Shown one piece after another: positions 10,067 to 19,133 of a stretch of 64,000 nt of DNA. A program made the position numbers and the translations under genes. Origin of the DNA: an uncultured Gammaproteobacteria bacterium (GTDB lineage Bacteria; Patescibacteriota; Microgenomatia; Levybacterales; GWA1-39-11); contig CAYRKM010000001.1 in the NCBI GenBank assembly GCA_964425075.1, positions 523,060-587,059 on the forward strand, written 5' to 3'. Under the pieces are notes generated by a model. It did not search any database. It was not told the DNA's origin and saw only the letters and a list, made by a program, of their open reading frames with translations. How positions within the stretch are numbered: position 1 is the stretch's first letter; each line of letters starts with the position of its first letter.

Positions 10067-10095
10067 TTGAGAAATAACGCTCTGATTGGTATAAT
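10067..10095 (+). promoter_or_regulatory. Sigma70-type promoter for rny: TTGAGA-17 nt-TATAAT
   Basis: TTGAGA at 10067-10072, 17-nt spacer, TATAAT at 10090-10095. About 100 nt upstream of the rny ATG. Confidence 0.5.
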
Positions 10096-10202
10096 AGGGT
10101 TGCAAAGCGGTACAAAAGCGTTAAAGCATATGAATACCAAATATTCACATCTTACTTCACGCCACAGCCTAATTATTTAGGAATATACCCCTTTGTCCAA
10201 AT

Positions 10203-11360
10203 ATGGACTCAAAATTACAATACGTAAAAAAACTAGAAGAAATTTCGCATATTTCAGCTGAGGAAGCAAAAAGACTTTTGATTTCAGAAATGGAGAATGA
10301 CTCTAAGGCTGAAATTGCAAAAATTATTCGCGATAGTGAAACCGAAGCAAAAGCAATTGCACACAAAAAAGTTCAAGAGATACTAGCTGATGCTATAAAG
10401 CATGGCGCTTTAGATTTTCTCCCAGAATATACTCTCTCAGTTATAAAAATTGAAGATGAGGACATGAAGGGTAGGATTATTGGAAAAGAAGGACGAAATA
10501 TCCGAGCTTTCGAGAATGCTACTGGAGTTGACGTCGACCTTGAAGAGCGGGGAATTATACGGCTTTCAAGCTTTGACCCAGTTAGACGAGAGGTTGCAAG
10601 ACGCGCTTTGGAGCTTTTAATAAGGGATACTCGTATTCAACCTGTAAGGATTGAGGAAGTAGTAGAGCAACAGAAAAAGGAAGTAAATAAAATTCTTTTT
10701 GAAGAAGGAGAAAAGTTAGCTCACTCAGTTGACGCATACAACATTCACCCTGATCTTATTCAGATCCTTGGAAGATTTAAATTCAGAACGTCATTTGGGC
10801 AGAATCTAGTGGTGCATACACTTGAAGAGACAAAAATCGGTATGCAAATTGCGCATGAAATTGGTGCAAATGTTGAAACCGTAAAACTTGGATGTTTATT
10901 CCATGATATTGGTAAAGTTGTTAATGAAAAAGAGGGAAGTCATGTGGATCTTGGAGTGGAGCTTCTTAATAAATATAAAATCCCACGAGAAATTGTTAAT
11001 TGCGTAGCAGAACATCATGAAGATAAACCATTCTCGTCAATTGAGTCAATGATTGTGTCCACAGCGGATGCAATTTCAGGTGCTAGACCTGGTGCAAGGC
11101 ACGAAGACCTTCAAGACTACATGAAGCGACTTCGGGACATGGAAGAAATAGCCAAGAATTTTGATGGGGTTGAAGACGCTTATGCATTTGAAGCAGGACG
11201 AGAGTTAAGAGTAGTAATAAATCCAGGAAAGTTAGATGACGTTGAGGCTACAATTTTAGCAAGAAAAATAAAAGAAGAAGTTGATAGAAAGGTTATAGTT
11301 CCAGGAGTAGTGAGAGTAACAGTAATTCGTGAATTTAGAGTCTCCGAACCAAAAGAGTGA
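10203..11360 (+). CDS. rny: Ribonuclease Y (KH + HD domains), short form without the usual N-terminal TM anchor
   Basis: 385 aa. KH-domain motif GRIIGKEGRNIRAFE. HD-domain motifs LFHDIGK and AEHHED. Overall layout matches RNase Y. Confidence 0.8.
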   Translation: MDSKLQYVKKLEEISHISAEEAKRLLISEMENDSKAEIAKIIRDSETEAKAIAHKKVQEILADAIKHGALDFLPEYTLSVIKIEDEDMKGRIIGKEGRNIRAFENATGVDVDLEERGIIRLSSFDPVRREVARRALELLIRDTRIQPVRIEEVVEQQKKEVNKILFEEGEKLAHSVDAYNIHPDLIQILGRFKFRTSFGQNLVVHTLEETKIGMQIAHEIGANVETVKLGCLFHDIGKVVNEKEGSHVDLGVELLNKYKIPREIVNCVAEHHEDKPFSSIESMIVSTADAISGARPGARHEDLQDYMKRLRDMEEIAKNFDGVEDAYAFEAGRELRVVINPGKLDDVEATILARKIKEEVDRKVIVPGVVRVTVIREFRVSEPKE

Positions 11361-11398
11361 ATTTAGTTCTCTAAATTAATCAATCCCAAACAGATATA

Positions 11399-11427
11399 TT
11401 GACAAAGGTATGTAGAGTTTGTATTGT
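11399..11427 (+). promoter_or_regulatory. Sigma70-type promoter for hup: TTGACA-17 nt-TATTGT
   Basis: Consensus -35 at 11399-11404, 17-nt spacer, -10 TATTGT at 11422-11427. A GGGGGTGA Shine-Dalgarno lies 7 nt before the ATG. Confidence 0.5.
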
Positions 11428-11463
11428 TAAATCAAGCAAAGTTTCGAAAGGGGGTGATTTTTA

Positions 11464-11742
11464 ATGTCAGTAACAAAAAAAGAATTAATAGAATTAGTAG
11501 CAAAAAAAGGTAATCTTACCAATAAGGCTGCGAAGGAATCAGTGAAGGTTTTCCTAAATGGCATTAGAGATAGCCTTAAGAGAGGCGAAAAGGTTGTAAT
11601 TACAGGATTTGGTACATTTTCAGTAAGAAGTCGAAAGTCTAGAAAAGGAAGAAATCCTAAGACTGGTGAGGCTATAATAATCAGCGCAAGAAAAGCACCT
11701 GGATTTACACCTGGAAAGAGCCTCAAAAAAGCTATTAAGTGA
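11464..11742 (+). CDS. hup: DNA-binding protein HU
   Basis: 92 aa. MSVTKKELIELVAKK...GFGTFSVRSRKSRKGRNPKTGEAI matches the HU/IHF fold signature. Confidence 0.9.
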   Translation: MSVTKKELIELVAKKGNLTNKAAKESVKVFLNGIRDSLKRGEKVVITGFGTFSVRSRKSRKGRNPKTGEAIIISARKAPGFTPGKSLKKAIK

Positions 11743-11756
11743 TACAATACCCTACA

Positions 11757-12662
11757 ATGGATAAAATTATCTATGTTGTAGGTCCTACTGGGATTGGTAA
11801 AACAGCACTAGCATTTCGGCTTGCGAAAAAATTCAATGGAGAATTGGTTAATGCCGATTCCGTACAAATTTATAAGGGGTTAGATATTGTTTCTGGTAAG
11901 GATAACCCAAAAAATTCATCAACTCCTATTCATCTCTTGGATGTAGTATCTCCAACTGAGGCGTTCTCAGTTTCGCAATTTCAAAAACTAGGGGAAGATA
12001 TTATTAATCAAATTTTATCCAAAAACAAAACCCCAATTGTTGTTGGTGGCACAGGATTATATATAAAATCTCTTATTGATGGAATTCCAACAAAAGATAT
12101 TCCATATGATAGTAATCTTCGTTTAGCGCTTCAGGATTTGTCTATTGATAGGTTGCAAAGCAAACTTTCAAAGAAAAAACTGGAGCAAATGAATGAGTCG
12201 GACAGAAAAAATAAAAGGCGGCTAATTCGTGCAATAGAAATTGAAAAATCAGGTTTCAAAAAATTCATAACCACAATTCCTTTTCCTACAGCCCAACATC
12301 TTCAAATAGGACTAAAAACAGAAAGAGAGATTTTAAAAGAGAGAATTGATAAAAGGGTAGATGAAAGAGTGAAAAATGGAGCCTTGGAAGAGGCGGAAAA
12401 TTTGTTTAAAAACTACAGAAACCTTACCGAGCAGGTAAAAAATACTAATGGTTATAAGCAGTTGTTTATGTTTCTAAAAAACGAAATTTCACTGAACGAG
12501 GCAACAAAAAGATGGAAAATCTCAGAGCATAGATTAGCAAAAAACCAAATGACATGGTTTGAAAAAGATAAAAGAATAAATTGGTTTGACTCCGTTAGAA
12601 ATTCTAGAGAGAAGATTTACCGAGAGATTTCGTCTTTGATTAATGACAAAACACATTTATAA
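11757..12662 (+). CDS. miaA: tRNA dimethylallyltransferase
   Basis: The ORF track starts at GTG 11739 (overlapping the hup stop). The ATG at 11757 gives MDKIIYVVGPTGIGKTALAFRLA, the classic MiaA P-loop start. Also contains ADSVQIYKGLDIVSGK. Confidence 0.85.
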   Translation: MDKIIYVVGPTGIGKTALAFRLAKKFNGELVNADSVQIYKGLDIVSGKDNPKNSSTPIHLLDVVSPTEAFSVSQFQKLGEDIINQILSKNKTPIVVGGTGLYIKSLIDGIPTKDIPYDSNLRLALQDLSIDRLQSKLSKKKLEQMNESDRKNKRRLIRAIEIEKSGFKKFITTIPFPTAQHLQIGLKTEREILKERIDKRVDERVKNGALEEAENLFKNYRNLTEQVKNTNGYKQLFMFLKNEISLNEATKRWKISEHRLAKNQMTWFEKDKRINWFDSVRNSREKIYREISSLINDKTHL

Positions 12663-12735
12663 CGGGGTTTGATGTTAAAGATAAGTATTTTGAGGTTAGA
12701 ATAGAAGAAAAACTTAAGACTTAATTATTATAGGC

Positions 12736-12765
12736 TTGATTTTGTCCTCACAAAAGTAGTATAAT
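12736..12765 (+). promoter_or_regulatory. Promoter for RNase P RNA: TTGATT-18 nt-TATAAT
   Basis: -35 at 12736-12741 and -10 at 12760-12765. Predicted TSS ~12772 coincides with the start of the P1 helix of the RNase P RNA. Confidence 0.5.
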
Positions 12766-12771
12766 ACTTAA

Positions 12772-13154
12772 GACCTTAGGAAGAAGGGTCGTCGCCTCGG
12801 CCGTAGTTGGACGGGGAGGAAAGTCCAGACAGGTTTAATGCCAGGGATGGAACGTAAGTTCCGGCTAGAATAAACAAAGCTTTTTTAAGTTTTGTTTAAA
12901 ATAGCTAGTGTCTAATTCCTTCACCCACATATGGGAATTAGAACAGGTACAGAATTAACTGCACCTGAGAGCAACAGAGACGAGTGGGAGTGAAACGGGC
13001 AATCCTACCTGCTGCAACCTCCGATCGATATGGGAGCATTACCCGTGCCTCATAGGCACAGTATCGAAGTTTGAGGGCATCAGATAGATGACGATCAAAC
13101 ACCTGATAGTTTTCAGTGTTCAACAGAATCTGGCTCACTCTCTTCCTAGGGTCT
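12772..13154 (+). ncRNA. rnpB: RNase P RNA (bacterial type), with an AT-rich inserted helix
   Basis: GGAAAGTCC (12818-12826) corresponds to the universally conserved GGAAAGUCCGG element. GAGAGCAACAGAGACGAG resembles E. coli GUGCAACAGAGAGCAAAC. The 3' ACAGAATCTGGCTCA matches conserved ACAGAACCCGGCUUA. 5' TAGGAAGAAGGG pairs with 3' CTCTCTTCCTAGGG (P1 helix), followed by a T-run. Confidence 0.7.
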
Positions 13155-13265
13155 TTTTAAATTAAAGTTAACTTGGTTAAATGACTTACCTCAGGATATA
13201 GATTTTCACTTCGCGCACTCTCTTCATGTTGTGCTTTTTCAAAGCTAAGGGTCTTTTTAAATTAA
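13148..13265. repeat. 18-bp perfect direct repeat AGGGTCTTTTTAAATTAA (13148-13165 and 13248-13265), with CACTCTCTTC also duplicated (13136-13145, 13216-13225). Partial duplication of the rnpB 3' end/terminator region
   Basis: Exact 18-nt match with 100-bp spacing. The second copy covers the stop codon of the convergent helicase gene. Confidence 0.6.
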
Positions 13266-16180
13266 GATGCAACACTGCAAAGCATTCGATATTCACAGTT
13301 AGCGCAAAGGATATTTTTGTTGCATTTAAAGTCGCTTTCCTCAATTTTTTTAACTTTTGAAATTATTTTTTCTTCAATTTCGCTTAAATCTTTTTCAGTA
13401 ACTGTTCTAGATATTTTTTCTCCTGTCTCAATATAAAGCATGCTTAATTTTATTTTATTTAGTTTCTTGAAAAAGGGTTTATTAATTCTTGTAGCAGCCA
13501 GTCCATATAAACCAAGTTGAAATCGATAAGAGGTTTTTGTAGATGAATTTATTGCACCAGTTTTGTAATCAATTATTTCTATTGTTCCATCGGGAAGTTC
13601 ATCAACTCTATCCATTGTTCCCATAATTCTTAAATTATCTCCAAGATGAAATGAAAATTGCATTTCAATTTCCTTTGTATTTATTCTTTTATCAAATGTT
13701 TCTTTAAAATAGTTTATTAATATTTGTTCTGCTCGATTTTTTGCTTCTTTTTCATGACCCTTGCTCTGATATCCTTCTGAAATCCATTCTTTTGTAAGAA
13801 TTTCCAAAAGCATTTTTTGTGTTACATTTTCTTTTTTCAAGAGAAATTTATAAAATTCGCTTAATGTTTTATGAAGGGTAATTCCAAAACTTTGTGCAGA
13901 TGATGGGACAGTTGGAATTCCCAATATGTATCTTGCTTTATAATGAAGCGGACAAATGTCAAAAGCTTGTAGAGCAGAATAGGATATTGTTTTTACTTTA
14001 TAAACTTCTCTATCTTCATTTTTTTTCTCAATTCTTTTAAATTGTTCTGCGACATCAAGCAATGTGAGTTGCCTTTCTTTAATTTCAGTTGTTTCCTTTA
14101 AAGTAAAATCAGGTAGTGCTTCAAAAACAAATGGTGATAATTTCTTCTCACGTCGACCTTCACCATAGAACTTTGCACCAGTCATAAAAAGAATATCACG
14201 TGCTCGAGTCATTGCCACATAAAACAACCTTCGCTCTTCCTGAAGGTGAAAGTCTTCTGGTATGATAGTTACCTTCTCGCTTTTTTTTAAAGAAACACTA
14301 CTTTTTGTTTTGAGTAGTTGGGACGGAATCGGAATTTTTTCTTTTCTCTCTCTCCCCGGAAATCTATCATTTACAAGATTTACTAAAAAGACAATCGGAA
14401 ATTCTAATCCTTTACTCGAATGAATAGTCAGGATATTAACTGCGTTCATGTCACGAAAATCAATTTCAGAAACAATTGGGCTCTCTCCAAGTTGAGTCAT
14501 AAGATCTATCCAATCCACAACTGCGTACACATTTGAATTTTCAGCGGATATTTCAAATGATTTTAGGCGGTCAAAAAATTTAGCTATGTTTAAAGCTACT
14601 TTTTCTTCCTGTTGTGTTTTAAATTTTAAAAAATCCTGATACATTCCTGTATCTGTCAAAAAATAATAAAGAATTTGTCCAGCGCTATCTACTTTTACAC
14701 GCTCGATGTGTCTTAAAATTGTCTCATGAATGCTTCTTATTTTTGTTCGGGAAAGATCTGAAATGTATGAATCATCTAAATGATTAAGAGTTTCAAAAAG
14801 CGTAAGGTTTTTCTTTTTAGACAAGGAAAGCAAATAATTTAAATCTCTTTGATTAATATCAAAATAATTCATAGAAAGAACACGAAAAAGTGAAATGGAA
14901 TCAGTAAGATCTGCCAAAACTTTTAGGTATGCTATTAAATCTTTTATCTCGTCTTGGTGAAAAAGTTGTCCGGGTCCTAGGAATTGATATGGGATTTTTT
15001 GACGTTGTAGATATTGAGATATTGGATGCGCATGGTTATTTGCTCGTACCAAGATTGCTATATCACGGTAGGTGTATTTGCCACTCTTAACAAGTTCAGT
15101 TATTTTTAATGCAATTTGCTCTGCTTCTTCATCAAGTCGGTTTTCAAAGACCACTTCGATTGGTTTTCCCTTTACGTTTCTTTCTGATGTTAATTTTTTT
15201 GAGATGTTTTCAGTAATTTCCAAGCGATTAGGATTATTATTTTGAATAAGAGTATATGCTGCGTCAAGAATCGTTTGAGTGGAACGGTAGTTTTTTGTAA
15301 GACTTATAATTTTTGCTCCAGGAAAATTATCCCTAAATTGCAAAATGTTTGAAAGCGCTGCTCCTCTCCATCTGTAAATTGCTTGATCATCATCTGCAAC
15401 AACTGTGATGTTTTTCTTTTTTCCAGAAAGCATTATTGCTAATTCATTCTGTGCATAATTTGTATCCTGAAATTCATCCACCAATATAAACTTAAATTTA
15501 TCTTGATATTTTTTTAGAATATTCTCTCTTTTTCTAAAAAGTCTTAGGGTATTTGCGATAAGGTCACCAAAATCCATAACTCCCTCCTTAATTTTTATTT
15601 CCTCAAATTGCTGGTATGCACGAGAGAGTTCTAGCACCTGTTCTTTTGTTAAAGCCTCTCCATTAGCTTGGGTTGCGCCTTTTATATTTTTTGCATATTT
15701 TACGTATTCCTCAGGAGTAATATCTTCATCTTTAAGACGTGAGAAATGTTGCAACATTGCCTCAATAAACTTTACGGGATTTCCTAGCGGTCTATAATAA
15801 TTAAGATTCATTTCAAAAAGATGTTTTCTAAAAAGCATAACGCTTTCTCCATCTCCAACAAGTTTGTATCCTGGATTAAGCCCGATATTTAATGCTTCTT
15901 GACGAAGCAATATATCGCAAAAAGAGTGAAAGGTTGAAATCCACATTTGCGTATATCCATATGGCATCATTTTATCCGTTCTTTCCTCCATTTCTTTTGC
16001 AGCCTTTTCTGTAAAAGTTAATGCCAAAATCTCATCTGGCACCACTTTTTCTTTAGCAATAAGATGCTGGATTCTCTGAGTGATAACTGTAGTTTTTCCT
16101 GTTCCTGCGCCCGCAACAATTAATAGGGGGCCCGTTCCAAATTCTACTGCTGCTTTCTGTTTGGGATTTAGCTTGAGCAT
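13262..16180 (-). CDS. ATP-dependent DNA helicase of the UvrD/PcrA family, fused to a C-terminal RecB-family PD-(D/E)XK nuclease domain with a Cys4 cluster (AddA-like helicase-nuclease)
   Basis: 972 aa. N-terminal LLIVAGAGTGKTTVITQRI (UvrD Walker A). C-terminal ...GTMDRVDELPDGTIEIIDYKTG (RecB nuclease D-Y-K motif) followed by C-x3-C-x2-C-x5-C (CNKNILCANCEYRMLC). Confidence 0.8.
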   Translation of the reverse strand: MLKLNPKQKAAVEFGTGPLLIVAGAGTGKTTVITQRIQHLIAKEKVVPDEILALTFTEKAAKEMEERTDKMMPYGYTQMWISTFHSFCDILLRQEALNIGLNPGYKLVGDGESVMLFRKHLFEMNLNYYRPLGNPVKFIEAMLQHFSRLKDEDITPEEYVKYAKNIKGATQANGEALTKEQVLELSRAYQQFEEIKIKEGVMDFGDLIANTLRLFRKRENILKKYQDKFKFILVDEFQDTNYAQNELAIMLSGKKKNITVVADDDQAIYRWRGAALSNILQFRDNFPGAKIISLTKNYRSTQTILDAAYTLIQNNNPNRLEITENISKKLTSERNVKGKPIEVVFENRLDEEAEQIALKITELVKSGKYTYRDIAILVRANNHAHPISQYLQRQKIPYQFLGPGQLFHQDEIKDLIAYLKVLADLTDSISLFRVLSMNYFDINQRDLNYLLSLSKKKNLTLFETLNHLDDSYISDLSRTKIRSIHETILRHIERVKVDSAGQILYYFLTDTGMYQDFLKFKTQQEEKVALNIAKFFDRLKSFEISAENSNVYAVVDWIDLMTQLGESPIVSEIDFRDMNAVNILTIHSSKGLEFPIVFLVNLVNDRFPGRERKEKIPIPSQLLKTKSSVSLKKSEKVTIIPEDFHLQEERRLFYVAMTRARDILFMTGAKFYGEGRREKKLSPFVFEALPDFTLKETTEIKERQLTLLDVAEQFKRIEKKNEDREVYKVKTISYSALQAFDICPLHYKARYILGIPTVPSSAQSFGITLHKTLSEFYKFLLKKENVTQKMLLEILTKEWISEGYQSKGHEKEAKNRAEQILINYFKETFDKRINTKEIEMQFSFHLGDNLRIMGTMDRVDELPDGTIEIIDYKTGAINSSTKTSYRFQLGLYGLAATRINKPFFKKLNKIKLSMLYIETGEKISRTVTEKDLSEIEEKIISKVKKIEESDFKCNKNILCANCEYRMLCSVAS

Positions 16181-16248
16181 AAAGTCGCCATCATTGTATC
16201 ATATATGAAGCCTTGTAAAGAGAAGGTTATTTTTGTTTAATACATAGT

Positions 16249-16989
16249 ATGTCAGACAACGAAACTCCATTTTTTCTTCCTTTCGTAAAAAAGGAGAAAT
16301 TAACCAAAGACACTTATACATTCTTTTTCAAACGTACAGGGGAGGAGCGGGATTTTGTGCCGGGTCAATATTATGAAATGAAGCTTGATATTAAAAATCC
16401 AGATGAAAGAGGGGATGCGCATGTTTTTACAATTAGTTCAAGCCCAACGGATAAAGAATTTATTACAATAACAACAAGAATTATTAAAAGTACTTTTAAG
16501 TTAAGACTCAACGAATTAAAGCCTGGGGAAAAAGTACAATTTAACGGTCCATGGGACGACCTAAACTTCGATGAAAAAGACACATCTCCTCACGTGTTCT
16601 TTGCAGGTGGAATTGGGGTAACTCCGTACCACTCTATTGTAAAGTATGCTCTTGATAAGAGCCTTAAAACGCCTATGATATTGTTTGCATCTTGGAAGAA
16701 TAGAGGTGAAATGATATTTGATGAATTTTTCAGAGATGCTAATAATCACCTTGAAAATTTTTCATATGTTCCAACTTTAACTGAAGAAACAAATATAAAT
16801 TCAGGAGAGTGGGACGGGGAGTTGGGTAGAATCGATAGCGAGATGATAAGAAAATATGTGTACGATGTTGCTGGGAGTAAATATTTTTTTACTGGCCCAC
16901 AAATTATGGTAAATGCGCTAAAACAAGTGGTTATTGAAATGGGAGTTTCAAAAGACAGAATTATTGCTGAAGAATTTGAGGGATATTGA
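16249..16989 (+). CDS. FNR-like FAD/NAD(P)-binding oxidoreductase (ferredoxin reductase-type, PyrK-like)
   Basis: 246 aa. HVFTISSSP (RxYS-like FAD motif). FFAGGIGVTPYHSIV (NAD-binding GGxGxxP). C-terminal FFTGPQIMV. Confidence 0.7.
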   Translation: MSDNETPFFLPFVKKEKLTKDTYTFFFKRTGEERDFVPGQYYEMKLDIKNPDERGDAHVFTISSSPTDKEFITITTRIIKSTFKLRLNELKPGEKVQFNGPWDDLNFDEKDTSPHVFFAGGIGVTPYHSIVKYALDKSLKTPMILFASWKNRGEMIFDEFFRDANNHLENFSYVPTLTEETNINSGEWDGELGRIDSEMIRKYVYDVAGSKYFFTGPQIMVNALKQVVIEMGVSKDRIIAEEFEGY

Positions 16990-17040
16990 TTATAAATCAA
17001 TTGTCGTAGTCCTATGCAAGGTGAATTTTAGCTCTTCCTT

Positions 17041-17385
17041 ATGAAAAATAGTACGTACTTTCTTATTAGGGATATTTTATCATGTTTTCCCACTACGGTC
17101 GAAAGGAATCTAACTAGTGTTCTAAATGCTCATCATGTATTTAAAAAATCTACTCGACAAATATTTGTTGAGGAAGTTAAAAGTAGGAGGCCAGCTTACC
17201 GCATATTGTGTGGTGCATTAATAATGCAAAACACCTTTTTACGACAATATCCTCAAATCGCTTTTTATGAAGTTTCGGATATTATTCCTGAGCTTAAATA
17301 CTGCTTCTTTAAAGATAAAAGAAAAACGATAAAACGCTTAAGTGCAGAAACGATATTAAGATTATTTGTCACATTATATTTTTAA
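17041..17385 (+). CDS. Hypothetical small protein (114 aa) in an AT-rich stretch; possibly degenerate
   Basis: ATG start. No similarity recognised. Very AT-rich. Confidence 0.25.
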   Translation: MKNSTYFLIRDILSCFPTTVERNLTSVLNAHHVFKKSTRQIFVEEVKSRRPAYRILCGALIMQNTFLRQYPQIAFYEVSDIIPELKYCFFKDKRKTIKRLSAETILRLFVTLYF

Positions 17386-17391
17386 ACATTT

Positions 17392-17595
17392 ATGTTACCG
17401 CATGGTAACAGGACTAAAGAGTACGTAATTATTTTTAAGAAAAATTTTTCTAGGGAAGAGTTTGTAAATGTTCTTAGGAGCGAAAAGTTTTATATACCGA
17501 TACGTTTTATATTTGAGAGACAAGGCTTAGATATTGGATGTAATAAAGAAGCCGAGAAAAAAATAAATAAAATAATCAACAAATTTTACAACTAA
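17392..17595 (+). CDS. Hypothetical small protein (67 aa)
   Basis: ATG start. An inverted repeat lies at its 5' end. No similarity recognised. Confidence 0.2.
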   Translation: MLPHGNRTKEYVIIFKKNFSREEFVNVLRSEKFYIPIRFIFERQGLDIGCNKEAEKKINKIINKFYN

Positions 17596-18552
17596 CTAAT
17601 CCACAAGTTTCTTAATTTCCTTTTCCTCTAGTTCTCCCAAAGTGTTTGTGTTATCAATTTGTTGTCCGAGTTTGGTAAAACTTGAAGAAACAGTAGTTGC
17701 CATATTATATGAATTTGTAATATGGCGTTGTAATGTTTCAAAATTTGTATTTACTCTTTCGTATTCTTCTTTAATGCCTCGAAGATTAGATAGGATTTTG
17801 TGTGCTTGTTGGGAAATTTTTTGCCCCTCAAACCCTATGAGAATAGAACGAAGGAATGCATAAAAAGACATGGGACTTACAGCAAGAACTCTTTTCTTAG
17901 TCGCATATTCATAAAGAGTTTGGCCATTTATTATTTCGTAATAAACTGATTCCGAGGGTATATACATCAGGGCAAAGTCAATTGTTCCCTCGTTTGTTAA
18001 TATGTATTTTGAAGAAATTGCATCAATATGTCTCTTTACATCATTCGTAAATTCCCGTTCAAACAGTTTCTTTTCTTTAGGGTCCTCAGTTGAATTCATT
18101 TTTTTAAAATTTTCCATTGGGAATTTACTGTCAATTGGGATAATGCCGGCCTCAGTGATGATAGCAGCATCAACTACATTTCCGGTTTTGAATTTATATT
18201 GAAGTCTAAAGGTGCTCTTGGGCAAAAATTGTCCAAGTAGTTCTTTAAGAACCTGTTCTCCTAAGTTACCTCTTAATTTTGGACTATTTAAAAATTCTTG
18301 GAGGTCTTTCATGTTACGTCCGATTTCACTCATCTCTCCAAGAGATTTTTGAACTGATGCGAAAGCTTGCGCAGCGTTGTTGAGCCTTGAATTCATTTCA
18401 GCAGAATTACTGTCAAGTCTTTTGTCCATAGACTTAAGCCACTCTACAACGGTATTGTCGGAGGAAGGGGTCTGTTTGCGGTTTATAAAGTAGATAACAA
18501 TTCCAAATCCAAGGATTAGAATTGTTGATATTACGAGCAGGTCAATATTCAT
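17596..18552 (-). CDS. rmuC: DNA recombination protein RmuC
   Basis: 318 aa. N-terminal TM helix, coiled-coil, then the DAAIITEAGIIPIDSKFPMENF motif characteristic of RmuC. Confidence 0.8.
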   Translation of the reverse strand: MNIDLLVISTILILGFGIVIYFINRKQTPSSDNTVVEWLKSMDKRLDSNSAEMNSRLNNAAQAFASVQKSLGEMSEIGRNMKDLQEFLNSPKLRGNLGEQVLKELLGQFLPKSTFRLQYKFKTGNVVDAAIITEAGIIPIDSKFPMENFKKMNSTEDPKEKKLFEREFTNDVKRHIDAISSKYILTNEGTIDFALMYIPSESVYYEIINGQTLYEYATKKRVLAVSPMSFYAFLRSILIGFEGQKISQQAHKILSNLRGIKEEYERVNTNFETLQRHITNSYNMATTVSSSFTKLGQQIDNTNTLGELEEKEIKKLVD

Positions 18553-18583
18553 GTGGAATACATTTTATCACAAGTAAGATGAG

Positions 18584-19132
18584 TTATTGAGGATTCATCT
18601 CGAGAGCTTCATATAAAACAATTCCTAAGGAAACCATTACGTTTAGTGATTTATTTATACCCATCTGAGGAAGTTCCACTATACTGTCACACTTTGATAA
18701 AACTTCCTCTGATATACCATCTGACTCGTGCCCCACGACCAAAGCAATCGGAAGCGAATAATCAGCTTTTGTATATTCTATACTTCTTTTATCAAGCTCT
18801 ACTCCTATGATTTTAATATTCTTAATATTTTTCTTAAGTTTTTTAATCGCGTCAGTCGTTTTCTTGCAATATTCCCACTCAACCCATTGCCAGGTTCCGA
18901 CGGAGGCCTTTTTTATTTTGTGGTTTGGGGGAGTTTCTGTACCGCCACATAAAAATATTTTTCTTGCACCCACAGCATCAGCAAGTCTAAATATAGCACC
19001 GGTATTATACGTATCCAACACGTTGTCAAGAACTATATAAATTTCTTGTCTGGAAGATTTTACTTTTTCAAGTTGTTCTTCGGTCGGTATTATAACGCGC
19101 AACTCATCAGCGCTTAACTTTGTGATGTCCAT
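18584..19132 (-). CDS. TrmH/SpoU-family RNA 2'-O-methyltransferase
   Basis: SpoU-family motifs IVLDNVLDTYNTGAIFRLADAVGA and ALVVGHESDGIS. The ORF track extends to 19240 over the topA 3' end. ATG at 19130-19132 (MDITKL...) removes the overlap. Confidence 0.8.
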   Translation of the reverse strand: MDITKLSADELRVIIPTEEQLEKVKSSRQEIYIVLDNVLDTYNTGAIFRLADAVGARKIFLCGGTETPPNHKIKKASVGTWQWVEWEYCKKTTDAIKKLKKNIKNIKIIGVELDKRSIEYTKADYSLPIALVVGHESDGISEEVLSKCDSIVELPQMGINKSLNVMVSLGIVLYEALEMNPQ

Positions 19133-19133
19133 A

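Noticed and set aside
12938-13138. 66-aa minus-strand ORF
   Set aside because: It sits entirely inside the RNase P RNA gene. The region is explained by conserved RNA motifs, not coding.
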